A stretch of DNA of 64,000 bases from Vicugna vicugna (Eukaryota): positions 682,001-746,000 of the forward strand of contig MU057744.1 in the NCBI GenBank assembly GCA_013265495.1. The letters run 5' to 3'. Made by a program: the position numbers and the translations under genes. Positions 37,706 to 49,329 of the stretch are shown piece after piece; position 1 is the stretch's first letter; every line of letters begins with the position of its first letter. Under the pieces are notes generated by a model. That model was not told the DNA's origin and did not search any database. It saw only the letters and a program-made list of their open reading frames with translations.

Positions 37706-38699
37706 AAGAAGTCGTCACTCTGTGCTGCCCACCCTCCCAACAGCTGAAAGCAGCAATCAGCAATCAGAACCCACAACCCTGATTTTTGATGAGAAATGTC
37801 AGCTCCTATTGCTTAAAGCAGGCCCCTGGCTCTAGCGGCCACACTAGGAACGTGGGTTGCTGTCCTATGGCTGACTGTCCTGGGGCTGGGTGATGGAGGG
37901 TGATATTAAAGGGAAGCTGAAACTGACAGAAATTGACCAAAATTGACCAGCCACTTCATCAAGCTGCCTCCTCGGCAGAGAGGAGTTTATTCCGACGGCT
38001 CCTGCCAGTTCAACGGTTCTTTTGCTAGAGGGATGGATTCCTGGAGCTTTTACTCCACCCCCTTCCCTGACGTCACCTGTAGGTAACCAGATTTTATGAC
38101 CAGAATAAAACACACTGTAAGTTTTAGCCCTAACATAGGTTGTCCCCGTCAGAAAACTCACATTGGTGGCTGATTCACTGATGGTCGCTTCACCAGCAGG
38201 TCACTTCACTATGTGCCCGTTCCCCTCTCTACAATTGCTGCTCTGAGCACCCCATTCCTGCAATGCTCTGTCCAAGTCAAAGGCCCGTGCTCACCCTCCC
38301 AGGGGCGAGCATGGGCAGCACTGACCACCGATTGTAGCTTAGAGCAGATCAGCGGTCTTACTTCACAGCCAACGTCAGGAAGGCATCTTGGTTTCCTCTA
38401 GAGGTAGGGAAGGGAGGAAACCACAGCTCCTCTTCAGAACTGAATCAGGAAACCCTACTGCCTGCAGCTGAAACGTTTCTCAAAAATGAAAACAATGTTT
38501 CAAAGGGTGCTTTGAGGTCTATGATAGAATTAATTTTTAAGTCAATCACCAGCCCGTCAGTTTGGGGAAGTGCTTGGAAAACAGACCATCCCCTGTAACT
38601 CTGGGGGCTGAAAAGGGTTTGCGGATTATTAACTGGCTGTCTTTCCGTTGTGACTCCACCACTCGACTTTAAATAGCTTCGTTCAAACAAGGTAGAGAA

Positions 38700-40602
38700 A
38701 ACTTTTTTAACAAAAAAATTTATTTTCTGCACTAGTATTTATACAGCTGTAAACTCAAGGAATCATCCAATACTTGTACAAATCTGGGGGAAGAGTTAAT
38801 AAGCACCTTCAACGGTTTCCACAGTTTAAGAATTTACCATTTAAAACGGTTTAGAATGAATCTAGTAAAATGAATAAAAGTTATAAAAACTATACAAAAA
38901 ATTACGACAGAACATTTGATATAGGGGGCGTGATAAATATAAAAACAAAGTGAAGCTAATTAATGGGGTGGAACGATATGAAACAAAAGATCCATATGTT
39001 CTCCAAACCTTGTGATGCTTGGGGATATACCTGCCTCTCAAGTCAAACTCCAATTATTCCGGGAAACACTCTCTCTCAATTCAGGCTCGTGTGCTGCAGG
39101 TAAGGGGGTGGGGGGGCTGAGCTTTGCAGATAAGCAGAGGGATCGCCCCCTGAAGGAGAAAACCAGGCCATTTCTTCCGCGGTCTTGTGTGTAAGTGTTC
39201 TTTGGCAAAGAATATGCCGTTTTCCCTTTGGGGTTATTTAAAAGGTTTTCTTCCCACTTCTGTTAAATCCCCTCCTCTGCCTTTACTCTCGGGTTTCCAT
39301 TCCTGCTTCTGGTTGATCTCTTTGCGATACTGTCACGGGGTCTTCTCTGCTCCCTCACCCCAGACTTCACTGACTCAACCTCCTGATGCTCAGCAACCAA
39401 TCCAAAATTTCCACTGTTCTAGGACTCTGGGAAGCAGCTCATTAAAAAAAATAATAACACTAGCTACTCATGTGATCAGGAGATGTTTTCTAAACCAACT
39501 GGAGAAACATGAACATGAAATGTGGCAATGGTCCTTTTAATTACACCAATGAGCAGTAAAGGGTCGGGGTCATATATAAATATCCAACTTGACCCTCCTG
39601 GATTATGTCTTCAGCTGAGAATACGGACAGCAAGGGCCATGGACAGAAGGGGAGACAAAGGAGGAGCAGGGTCATGGCTGGCTGCAGACTGGCTCTCAGG
39701 AGTGGAGGCCAGAGGTGAGGGACGACAGGGGGACGTCACTGCCACTGGCCCCGGCCCGTGTCTCGGGTGGGTCTCCATGAGGGGGCTGGGCACAGGTGCC
39801 ATGGTGGGGCTGCGATGCCCAGGAGACCAGGGGCTGGCATCTAAGCACTTTGGACACAGGGGGACAATTTGGTGATCTTTGGTATCATTTAAGGCACATC
39901 AGTAGAATCCCCATCCTCAAACATCTGACTTGACACCTTGCAGTTCCTTCCCACTAGATGCTCCTGTGATTTAAGCCCTTCACTACCAAAGGCCACTGCG
40001 GAGACGCCAGTGACGCACCCGGGAGGGGCTGCTCAGTATGACCTACCAAACGCTGATGCGTCCCTGGGACAGGCTGGGCTTTGATCCAAAGGCAAGGTTG
40101 GCTCGCTAAAAGGTGGGCCTTGGGCAGGGTGCGGGTGGTACAGGATTCCAGGGTGAAAGGTCAGAAGGATAAAGAGGAAAACCAGAGCACCAAGAGAAGT
40201 AAGGGGGGCTAACTCCCTGCCTCCCTCACAGCCTTGCCTAGACGACCCTGGCTGCTGTGTCCAGCAGCTGACCAGACGATGGGCGTCTCGGCGAGGCTGA
40301 GCTCGCAAGGCCCCCGGGAAGGGGCAGCGCAGGCCCGGGGAGTGGAGGCTGGGGAAGGGTCTGGAGCGCCGGGACGGCATCTAACCCTCCCTCGGGCTGT
40401 GTGGGCTTGTCTGAGGGTTGGGATCAGGGAGGTCTCTGTCTTTGTGTAGCGGCAGGGGCTGTCCCATTCCAGTTGGGGCACAGGCTGGGTTGGGCCTGGG
40501 CTTGGTGGCCACAGAGCCACCACGTCAGGCAGTTTGGACCCTTTCAAGTAGGGTGTGGCTGTGAAATACTTGGAGAGGGAACTCGGCCCCCTGGTCTTCA
40601 CT
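38700..40602 (-). other. NID1: NID1 3' UTR (~1.9 kb)
   Basis: Repeat-free sequence after the stop, becoming AT-rich toward 38.7-39.0 kb and ending at an AATAAA with a U-rich downstream element. Confidence 0.75.
38719..38724 (-). terminator. NID1 distal polyadenylation signal AATAAA
   Basis: tttatt on the + strand. UGUA motifs lie upstream (~38740-38780) and a U-rich tract (ttctctaccttgttt on the - strand) lies downstream. Confidence 0.7.
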
Positions 40603-40724
40603 TCACTTCAGCTCAATACAGTCAACGCCCAGGGTGTTGTCAGGGCAACGGCAGGTCCTGCCTCCGGGGGTGGCCAAGCAGAGGTGCGTGCAGCCGCCGT
40701 TGTTCACAGAGCAGTAGTTGTGAC
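40603..40724 (-). CDS. NID1: NID1 exon 20, coding part (C-terminal EGF-like domain and stop), 122 nt
   Basis: (G)[39 protein letters not shown]. Acceptor ttccag|GT; TGA at 40605-40603. Confidence 0.96.
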
Positions 40725-40974
40725 CTGGAAAAGGCAGAAGTCAGCGCGACAGCTCAGGCAGCATCGCAGTTACCAAACAGACCCCAGGGAGAGGCTTCCA
40801 GCTCTGATTAGAACACGGAGCTGGGCTTTTCAGCACGAAGTACTCTGTCTGGCTTGGCCACTTGACTAGGGGACGGGGGTGGGGGGAGTGGGAAGGGGAG
40901 CCGGCGAGGAGAGGAGTCTCGCAGAGGCGGCACAGTTCGACTCTGCAGCCGGGCCGCCCAGCTCACCCCAGCTT

Positions 40975-41180
40975 CTGCCACCGTGAGCTGTGCCACTTCA
41001 GGCAAGCGGCTTCAGCTTCCTTATTTATAAAGTGGGCATAAGAGTCGTACCCGCCTCACAGGGTTGCTATGAGGACAAAGTGAACCGGTGAACACAGAGC
41101 AGTCAGTACGCGGAGCGACTCAGTACAGGAGCGGTACCCAGCATCATGTCCACGCCGGCAACGGTTATTATCGTTAATTT
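40975..41180 (+). mobile_element. MIR SINE in NID1 intron 19
   Basis: gcttcagcttccttatttataaagtgggcataaga..cctcacagggttgctatgagga. Confidence 0.6.
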
Positions 41181-41514
41181 CTGTTGGTGCTGTCAGGCCA
41201 AATGGACGGACTTTTAAAGCAGCAGAGATCCTAACACTGACGTCCCTGGTCGGAGCCGGAAGACCGCACACTTCTAGGCCCACTCGAAGAGTCAGTGCTC
41301 TTCCTCACCCTGGCCCACCATCCACTCCTGCCCCTAACGTTTCCCCTCGGTTCACCGGGCTCACCAACGCGTCAGTGAAGGTCCTTGGTGGAAGGGACTG
41401 TGTCTCACCTGCCACATGACCCGGGCTACCCACAGCCACACAGGGACCAGCCGGAGTGTGGGCTCTGCGCCGGGTGCCCCCAGCCCCTGACCAGTCAGAG
41501 CACCAGGGAGTTAC

Positions 41515-41627
41515 CTTCAGGACACTGCGACAGAGCGGCGGCGATGCCGTACAGCCGGGTCTGCTTGTGAGGGTGGAAGGTGTCCGTCTCTTTGGAAACA
41601 GCAAGGTCCACGGCAACCACAGAACTC
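41515..41627 (-). CDS. NID1: NID1 exon 19 (end of beta-propeller), 113 nt
   Basis: (T)SSVVAVDLAVSKETDTFHPHKQTRLYGIAAALSQCPE(G). Acceptor cgtag|G, donor GAAG|gtaact. Not shown in the ORF track; read by hand. Confidence 0.95.
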
Positions 41628-42276
41628 CTACGGGGCCCCAGAGAACAGGCGGTGAGAACACAGCCGATGGCTCGACCTCCTCTCTACAGGGCCGTCTCAT
41701 CCGTGGTCTGGGGCATGCACTGGCAGCCAAGCAGACACACTGGCCTTGCTTCCCACCCACCCCCCTCTTCCCAGGCGGCGTCAAGCCTGCGCTTCTCTGG
41801 CTTCTTAGAGCAAGGCCAGCCCTCCAGCTCCAAGTCCCAAGCTGGGCAATGGGCTTTCTACACGGATGCCCCCACCACAGTAGCTAGCGCTGTTTAAACC
41901 CGGGCCTCTGCAGGAAGGACTGGTCAAGAGGGCACTTCGGGAACACCGCAGTTAAAGGACTGTAATGAAGGTGGGGCACGGAGTGGGGGGTCGTGGGCAC
42001 GGAGCCCACCGGCCGAGTGGCCCAGGCCAGCTCCTGGGGGAAGAAGAGACACGCTCAGGAAGTCCAAGTCCGAGGACTCGAAGCTGCCCACCCAGGGGCG
42101 TCCGGACAATAAATAGCGCCCCCTGCTTCCCGAGGAGCCCTGCCCACCCCTCGATCGCCCGCCTCGCCCAGCTCTGGGGGCTGGAAGGGCAGGGCCAGGG
42201 GCCACTTGGGAGGGGCGTGGCCCCCAGGGAGGGCGGCAGGGCAGCCCCGGCCCCCGCACTGCGGCAGCTGACGTAC

Positions 42277-42400
42277 GTCTTCCAGTCTGTGTAATACAGA
42301 TTCTTCCCATAGCTCGTGACAGCGAAAGGATACTGGAGACCTTCAAGAACCGTGCGTCTGCTGGGCTGACTGGGCTTCAGGCATTCGGCCCGATGGGTGC
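42277..42400 (-). CDS. NID1: NID1 exon 18 (YWTD repeat), 124 nt
   Basis: (G)THRAECLKPSQPSRRTVLEGLQYPFAVTSYGKNLYYTDWK(T). Acceptor cacag|GC, donor AAGAC|gtacgt. Confidence 0.97.
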
Positions 42401-42775
42401 CTGTGTGGGGTGGAAACAAGCCGTCCATTGTTCACACAAGAAACGGTCCCTTTGTGTTCAAACGCGAGTCAGGCAAGGGTCAAAGTCAGCGGTACGCGCT
42501 CAGATCCCGAGAACTTGCTCTTCTAAATGAGAAAGGTGTCTGTTCGTCCTCCCTGGCCCCTCCCATTGGTCAACCCCACCTCCATCCAGCACTACACCTG
42601 GTTCTGATGGGGGACGGGAGCCGGGGCAGAGGGATGGTACCCCGTTTCCCCACTCCCGCAGAGGCTGGGAACTGAGTGGGAAGGATGCCATCTCCCAGCT
42701 CCCACTGTAACCCCTCCTCCCTGAAGCCGCTCCAGGCCTCCCCTCCTTGCATTCACAGCCCTCAGAATTGCTAAA

Positions 42776-43189
42776 TTGTTTGTAAATAAGTTCCTTTGTG
42801 TTATTTTTTTAGATTCCACATGTAAGTGGTATCATATGGTATTTTTCTTTCTCTCTCTCACTTAGGATGACAATCTCCAGTTCCGGGTTATTTACAAAAA
42901 AGAGACAGACTCAGAGACATAAAGAACAAACTTATGGTCACCAGTGGGGAGAAGGGGTGGGGAGGGATAAATTGGGAGTTCAAGATTTGCAGATAGTAAC
43001 TACCATATATAAAATAGATAGACAAGTTTCTATTGTACAGCACAGGGAACTGTAGTCAGTATCTTACAGCTACCCATAATGAAAAAGAACATGGAAAAAA
43101 CGTGTGTCTCTGGATGACTGAGACATTGTGCTGCACACCAGATATTAATGCAACATTGTAAACTGACTATACTTCAATTAAAAAAAAAA
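42776..43189 (+). mobile_element. Camelid LINE-1 3' UTR with an inverted 5' segment, NID1 intron 17
   Basis: 42776-42884 is L1 in - orientation; 42888-43189 continues in + orientation to the A tail. Confidence 0.88.
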
Positions 43190-43712
43190 GAAACGTGACG
43201 GGTACAATGTATATCTTAAGGTGAGCCAGAGGAACACACGGAACTCTAAGGGGAAACATATTTATGAAAAACCACAGCTTCAGGTTAGGGATTCTAATGA
43301 CTAAAGCCTCGCCTGCTCCTCCAGGTCAGGTGGATGTCAGCGTGCACAAAAACTGCTAAACCGCGCCACAGGGTTAGCAGCTGTGCACAGCCTGGCACCA
43401 GCGCCCGTGTTAGGACCGACCTAAGGCTCAGGTTTTCATCTAACTGTGCATGTCTTACTCTCTGCATCCCCCGTGGCACCTGACAGCATCTGGGACAAAG
43501 CAGGAACTCAGCAGAGATTTGATGGATGATTGACACTCCTCCCCGACCGAGCACCCTGCCCACATCCCTTGCCCGAGGGACACCCCAGATCTGCCCAGGC
43601 AAGGGCCCACAATCAGAGCTGCATGACTTTACCTGTCTAAACACTTGGGGACAAGCAGGAGCTACAAGACTGTAAGTCAGAGAATTGCTCAGTGTCAGGA
43701 TGAGGACCGGCT

Positions 43713-43922
43713 CTGGGAGTCAGCGACTTTGTCTTTAAAGGGCCAGATAGTAACTATTTTAGGTTTTCTGGGCCAAGAGGCAAAATTGAGGACCTCATAT
43801 AAGCATTGATATAACCTTTTAAAATGTCACATTCAAACATGTAAAAACCATTTATAGCTCCCAGGGTTATACCAAAACAGGCCACAGGTTGGATTTGGCC
43901 CAGGGGCTGTCGTTTGCTGGCC
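43713..43922 (-). mobile_element. MER58B-like hAT-Charlie element
   Basis: taaagggccagatagtaactattttagg...aaacaggccacaggttggatttggcccagggg. Confidence 0.7.
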
Positions 43923-44140
43923 TAGAAGATGGAGAGCTCTCCCTGGACTGTGCCAAGCCCAGGGAAACAACATTTCAGAGCAAAGATACGCAGCTGTTTT
44001 TGTGTAGAGGAAAAAAACAGTTATCTTAAGCTCTCTTCCCTATAACAGATACTCCTACGTACCAACGGGGCTGGCTCACTCTGGGTAACAATACTTGGTC
44101 GAAAACAAAGCACTGTTCCCACCCGGGAGCCAGGCATCAC

Positions 44141-44298
44141 CTGCGTCCACCCAGCAGAGCTGAGATGAGTAGGCATCAAAGGTGAGCCCGTTGGGCAAGC
44201 CCAGGTCGTCCTGCACAAGGATCCTCCGGTGTGAGCCGTCCATGTAGGAAGCTTCAATTTTGGGGCTGTCTCTGTTCCAATCTGTCCAATAAAGGTTC
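44141..44298 (-). CDS. NID1: NID1 exon 17 (YWTD repeats), 158 nt
   Basis: (G)[52 protein letters not shown](G). Acceptor ctccag|G, donor GCAG|gtgatg. Confidence 0.97.
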
Positions 44299-45112
44299 CT
44301 GGAGGGGAGGAGTGGGGAGAAGGAGGAAGAGAGATCATGAAGACGCAGGGGAAAACGTTCACGGAACCCCCGATGAAGACACGAGCAGACGCTGAAGCAC
44401 AGAATGGCTAACAGACGTGGAGGTGGTAAGACACATTTTCCTTCGCAAAGACACTTGGATTGGGTTCTTCGCTTGAAACTGCCTACTCTGTTACTAATGA
44501 TTTCACTTCCCTTAAGCGTAAGTGACAAACCCGTGGGAATCCCACCTGCTGCTGTCACCGCACAGGAAGGCGGAGCTGACCCAGGAGCTGGGCGCAGGAG
44601 CAGATGCTGGCAGAGGCGGTGATCACGGGACCTGCCGCCAGGAGGCGCCACAGAACAAGGGCTGCGGTCTCCGAGGGAAGGAGCCACGGGCCTGGTGTGT
44701 GAGATGCAGAGCTTGTAGTGAGGGGAAGGGGGAGAGAGAGAGCACTGTGTGCTGATGAAACCCACAGGAGGGGCCTCCAAGGTGTCCACGTGGGGTTGGC
44801 CCCCAGGAGGGAGCCCCTGGGATACATTTAAGCTCCCCTGATCTCGTCTGGGGCTGATACAACCCAGGTGTTGATCCACATTCTACCCAAATGGAAATAT
44901 CAAATTTCTCTCGGTAAAAGACTTGAGTGTGGAACGTGGTGTAAACATTCTGGCGTTTCTCCGTGTATCTACAAGCCACCGGCTGTAGACCCACTCATCC
45001 TAAACTCACTCATGGCTGAAGAGCTATGTGGGAGTTACAGCTTGACATTTGAGAAGCTCCAAAAGGGGCGGATACAAGTGGAACAGGTGCACACACAGAT
45101 CTACAGAGATAC

Positions 45113-45284
45113 CCTCTCACGGAATCCGCTACGATGCCTCTGGGATTCACCAAATCGGTCTCAAATAGGACCCGGCGCTGGGAGCCATCCAGCTTTGCCA
45201 CTTCGATCCGATCCAGGTGAGAATCCGTCCAGAAGATGTTGCGGCCAAGATGGTCAAGAGCGATGCCTTCCGGGCTTCCGAGAT
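45113..45284 (-). CDS. NID1: NID1 exon 16 (YWTD repeat), 172 nt
   Basis: (D)LGSPEGIALDHLGRNIFWTDSHLDRIEVAKLDGSQRRVLFETDLVNPRGIVADSVR(G). Acceptor ctctag|AT, donor AGAGG|gtatct. Confidence 0.97.
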
Positions 45285-48200
45285 CTAGAGGCCAACACAG
45301 AGCACTATTGGGGTGTTTTTTTGTTTTTTTTTTAGCAGGTAAGATTACTGATTTCTGATTACTCAGTGCTCCTCCACCTGGAGTCCAGTCCTTGCATGTT
45401 GAGAAAACAAATGGGGATGGGAAGTGCTTGTTGTTTATAAGTAACACTTAGCTGCAAGCTAAAAAAATGCCGCTAGGTCCCTTGATGGACAGCCACCCTG
45501 CACACTGCCTTGGGCCCACAGTGATGCGGAAGCCATGGCCCCGCCTTCGAGGAGCCCACAGCCAATCACAATTCAGACTGAGTTCCGGGTTCTGTGGGGG
45601 CATGGAGCCTGGGGAGACCAGGGAAAGATTCCCGGGGCTGTGACACCTCGCAAAGCTGGCTCCTGAAGTAACAACAGGACTTTGTCAGGCAAAGATCCTG
45701 GATCAAGGTTTTCCAGGTAGTGGGACCAGCACATAGGTATAAAGGAAGACTGGACATGGCTTGAAGTGAGCTGTTCATAATTTTGTATGGCTGCAGACCA
45801 CGAGGGTGGAAGGCGGCCAGAGATGAAGGTAGGTGCCCATGTTCATGAGCTTACAGCTTCTCCCACAGGCCAAGGGGAGGCACTGGAAGATCTGAAGATG
45901 GGGAGAGGGAACAAACAGGCTTACTTACTTGCTAACGGGGAAAAAAGGTCATTTCAGAGAAATTATATGTGCAAGAAATCAGAGCTGTTATCACTTTTAT
46001 ACAAGTATTAAGAGTATAAAGATAGGGTGTCAGTGATTGCAGATAACTCCTCAGAAGTCTTTGCCAGGTTGTAAGTAACTGATTTGCAAGCCAGGGGTTG
46101 CCACGAGGTAAACGGACTGCAATGTGAACCTTCAGCGCCCCCTAACCTAATCAGAAGTCCGAGATCGCAATGGTGTCCTGACTATAGATGCAAACAAAAT
46201 AAAAGTTAAAACCCCATCAGGGTTTTACTGGTGTCACCTGGGATTCTGTCCCCTCTGCTGACTACAGAATTCAAGGCCACCTGGCAGGGCTGGCAGGGCA
46301 AACAGGAAGGGCAAAAGCCAGGGGTGGAGCTGCCCTGACCCTGGGACCCGGGAGGAAGAAACCAGCCCAGCGCTGTGTTCTCCCCTGAATACAGAAGCAA
46401 TCCCGACCCCCAGCCCCCTCGATATGGGCCTTCACTGGACTCCTAACACGACCATGACTGTCAATGCCGGAAATGTCAAAGTCCCCCTACGATCCAGTGG
46501 AAGTTTCTTAAGAATGAGAAACAGCAGTTGAACAAGGTCTTCATTATTCAGACCCAAAGCAAAGTTTTATAAAGTATTCGAATATGTCCCACATCCCTAG
46601 AGGCAAAGGGACTGCTGACCCCTAAAGGCCCCTTCTGACTCTCAGACGCAACCACAAGTCCTTCTGGGGTATATTTGGAAGGAGCACATCCTGTGTGAGG
46701 GGCGTCAGTGCCCAGACACGCACAGGACGGCGGGGGGAAGAGCATCTTTCCAGATGCCCGGGGAAGCCCGGGAAGGAACGCCAAGTCATGTCCCTTTATA
46801 AACAGCCCCGGTCCTGACGCCAAACTCAAGAGCAACCAGACCTCCTCCCCCCACCAGGAGAATGCTTCTTTCTGGGCTACAGAGCCAAAGGAAAGGCCTG
46901 GAAAGTCTCGCCCTTTGCTGTGAGTCAGGGCAAGACGGGAAGACAGCAGGGAAGTAATATTCTGCACTGTTCATGTCGAAAGGAAACAGAAGATGGTACT
47001 TGTTAGAGATATCTGATTAGGACTTGAGCTCAAGGAAAGACAGGGAAGCCCAGAATTCCGACTACTTGAAATTGGCCTGAAATTAGAAAGGAAAGAAAAG
47101 ATCCCACTGGCTCCTTCACTCACTAGGGGTGTACAACCACATGCACCAGGATGAAGGTTCAAGCGGAAGCTACTTTCTCTCTTTTTAAATTAAAAAAAAA
47201 ATTTCCCAGTGATCTTTCGTCTGCAAAGATCACATTCCGATTTAATTCTGTGTTTTCACAGCGAGCTTTTGCCTGGAATGTTTCTTAACTGTGCTCACAG
47301 CTCTCTTGGATAGTTATCAATTCCAAAAGCAACAGGAAATAGCAGACGATGACCTACTCCCCTCTTCCACTGGGGTTTGAAGTCAAATCATAGATCAGAG
47401 CAACAGCATTCTTAACGGTGACAAGATACAAAAAGGCACTTTCAAACTTCTGCCCATTAAAGCAAGAGCCATGAAGACTAGCAGACATTATTTAAATAGC
47501 ACACTGGCTTCCAGAAAAGAGTGCAAGGTTTATGACCGAAGTCAAACATGCTGAACTCAACCTCAGCTTGACAATCCTGCTGTATCATCTCTTCTAAAGG
47601 AGCCAAAGAAGGAAAAACAGGTCCCGGGACACAGGGACCCTTCCAGAGTATCACTTGCTGGGAAATGTTAAATGGAAATTGGAAAAGCTATACTTGGCCC
47701 TGAGTAAGAAGAAATACCGAAGAAGCTCATATATTTTAAAGATGTATCATTGATTTTCAGGGTTTTCCCGAGGGAACAAGATGATTTTATGTAGCAAATA
47801 CCACTGGCATGACAGTGTCTTCGGATTGGAAACATTTCCAAGTCAGCCGATGAGTCACCGATTTAGCAACATGAAATATGTGGCCCTTTCAGTGCACGAG
47901 GATGTTTACAGGTCCTTGGATTTTTGTTGTCATGGACATTAACCTTGAGAAAACATATCCACATTAAGTAGCCTTGACTTGTTGAATGTAAGCACCTTCC
48001 TTTATACCTATGTGCCGGTCCCACTCCCTGGAAAACCTTTATCCGGGATCTGTGCCTGAGAAAGTCCTGTGTGAAGAGTCCTTGGCTTAAATCGGCATCT
48101 GTAAGTTAATGGATTGAGGTTAAGTGTCGGGGGTGGCCTGGGCCACAATGCCATGCACTTTTATCATCAGTGATGCAACCAAAAAGCTGAGAAATGTCCG

Positions 48201-48821
48201 TCAAAGTTCAGCATGATGTGCTGTCATCATCCGGTAATCTGACCAAGTGCCAGCGGTGGTGAGGCAGAAAAGAGACCCGCCCCACCACGATCTTACAGGG
48301 TGAAGTGACAGCCCTTCGACTCAGCTGCCTTGGGAGCAGACTCAGCTCTCCAGGACTGTATTCGCCACAACATTTCTGACCCTCCCATCTTTTTGATTCC
48401 TCTGCCTGTTGCCTTTGGGAAAACCCCAGTGAAGCACCCTGTGCAGCACACACTCAGAGACTCAATTCTGGGCTCCGAAGCCAGAGGGAGAAAGGCGCAT
48501 CCAGACTGGATGGCCGAGTCTGGCCTTCACTATTCACTAAAACTGACTACGTAAGCTTTCAGATAAAGGTACGGACACTGGCTCTGTTTTAACGTTCTCC
48601 TTGGGCAGCAAGTCCCCGCTAAGGTGTTCATGATTTAATGAGTCCCAGAAGGACTCGTCAGAGAAGGCTGGAAAGGGTGGTGTTGGAAGTTGAGAAGCCA
48701 GCCCCTCTCCCATCACCATATCCTGTAAGCAACTCTTCACCGCCCCCTCCACGCCCTCCCAAGAGCCACCTGAGCTGCTGGAAGCAAAACCAAAAAGCAA
48801 GAAGGATCCTGGCTTGCCCAC

Positions 48822-48948
48822 CTTGCCGGATGATGGTGGTCGGCTCTCCGCCCTGCAGACTGGCTCTCCCAATGGAAGGCTCGCTGATGTCGGTCCAGTA
48901 AACCATCTTGTCCACACAGTCAAAGGCCAGCCCGATGATGACTTTGTC
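48822..48948 (-). CDS. NID1: NID1 exon 15 (LDLR class B/YWTD repeat), 127 nt
   Basis: DKVIIGLAFDCVDKMVYWTDISEPSIGRASLQGGEPTTIIRQ(D). Acceptor ttccag|GAC, donor CAAG|gtgggc. Confidence 0.97.
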
Positions 48949-49009
48949 CTGGAAGCGCAGACCAGTGGTGAGAGTGGCCCCCTCCTAGCACGTGAGTGAC
49001 TAAGGACGG

Positions 49010-49320
49010 TAGGAACCTTTCACATGCTTACAAGCATCTGGATACCTTTGAAGATGAAGTGTCTTCAAGTCTTTTGTCCAATTTTTAAATGTTTCTTATT
49101 GAGTCATAGGAGTTCTTTACATATTTCAGATAAACATCTTTTGTTATACACATATATTTGTGTGTGTGTGTTCCTCTTGGTACAGAGCACTTTTTAATTT
49201 TCTTGATGTTTTTGAAGTGTAGCAGTTTTAAATTTTTATTAAGTCCAATTTATTATTTTTTTTCTCTTATGGCTAATGCCTTTTGTATGTTGTCTAAGAT
49301 ATCTTTGCTTACCTGAAGAT
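49010..49320 (-). mobile_element. Ancient LINE-1 ORF2 fragment
   Basis: ttattgagtcataggagttctttacatatt...tctcttatggctaatgccttttgtatgttgtctaaga. Confidence 0.75.
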
Positions 49321-49329
49321 CATTTAAAA

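Noticed and set aside
40596-40610. (CTTCA)3 micro-repeat across the NID1 stop codon
   Set aside because: Gain or loss of one unit leaves CTG AAG TGA intact, so no functional effect is expected.
41625-41630. TAG-GAG tandem acceptor at exon 19
   Set aside because: GAG acceptors are rarely used, and the TAG site gives the expected exon length.
41456-41887. 143-aa plus-strand ORF antisense to exon 19
   Set aside because: Shadow frame of a GC-rich coding exon.
42270-42279. 10-bp palindrome GACGTACGTC across the exon 18 donor
   Set aside because: Too short; several such palindromes are plausible by chance in 64 kb.
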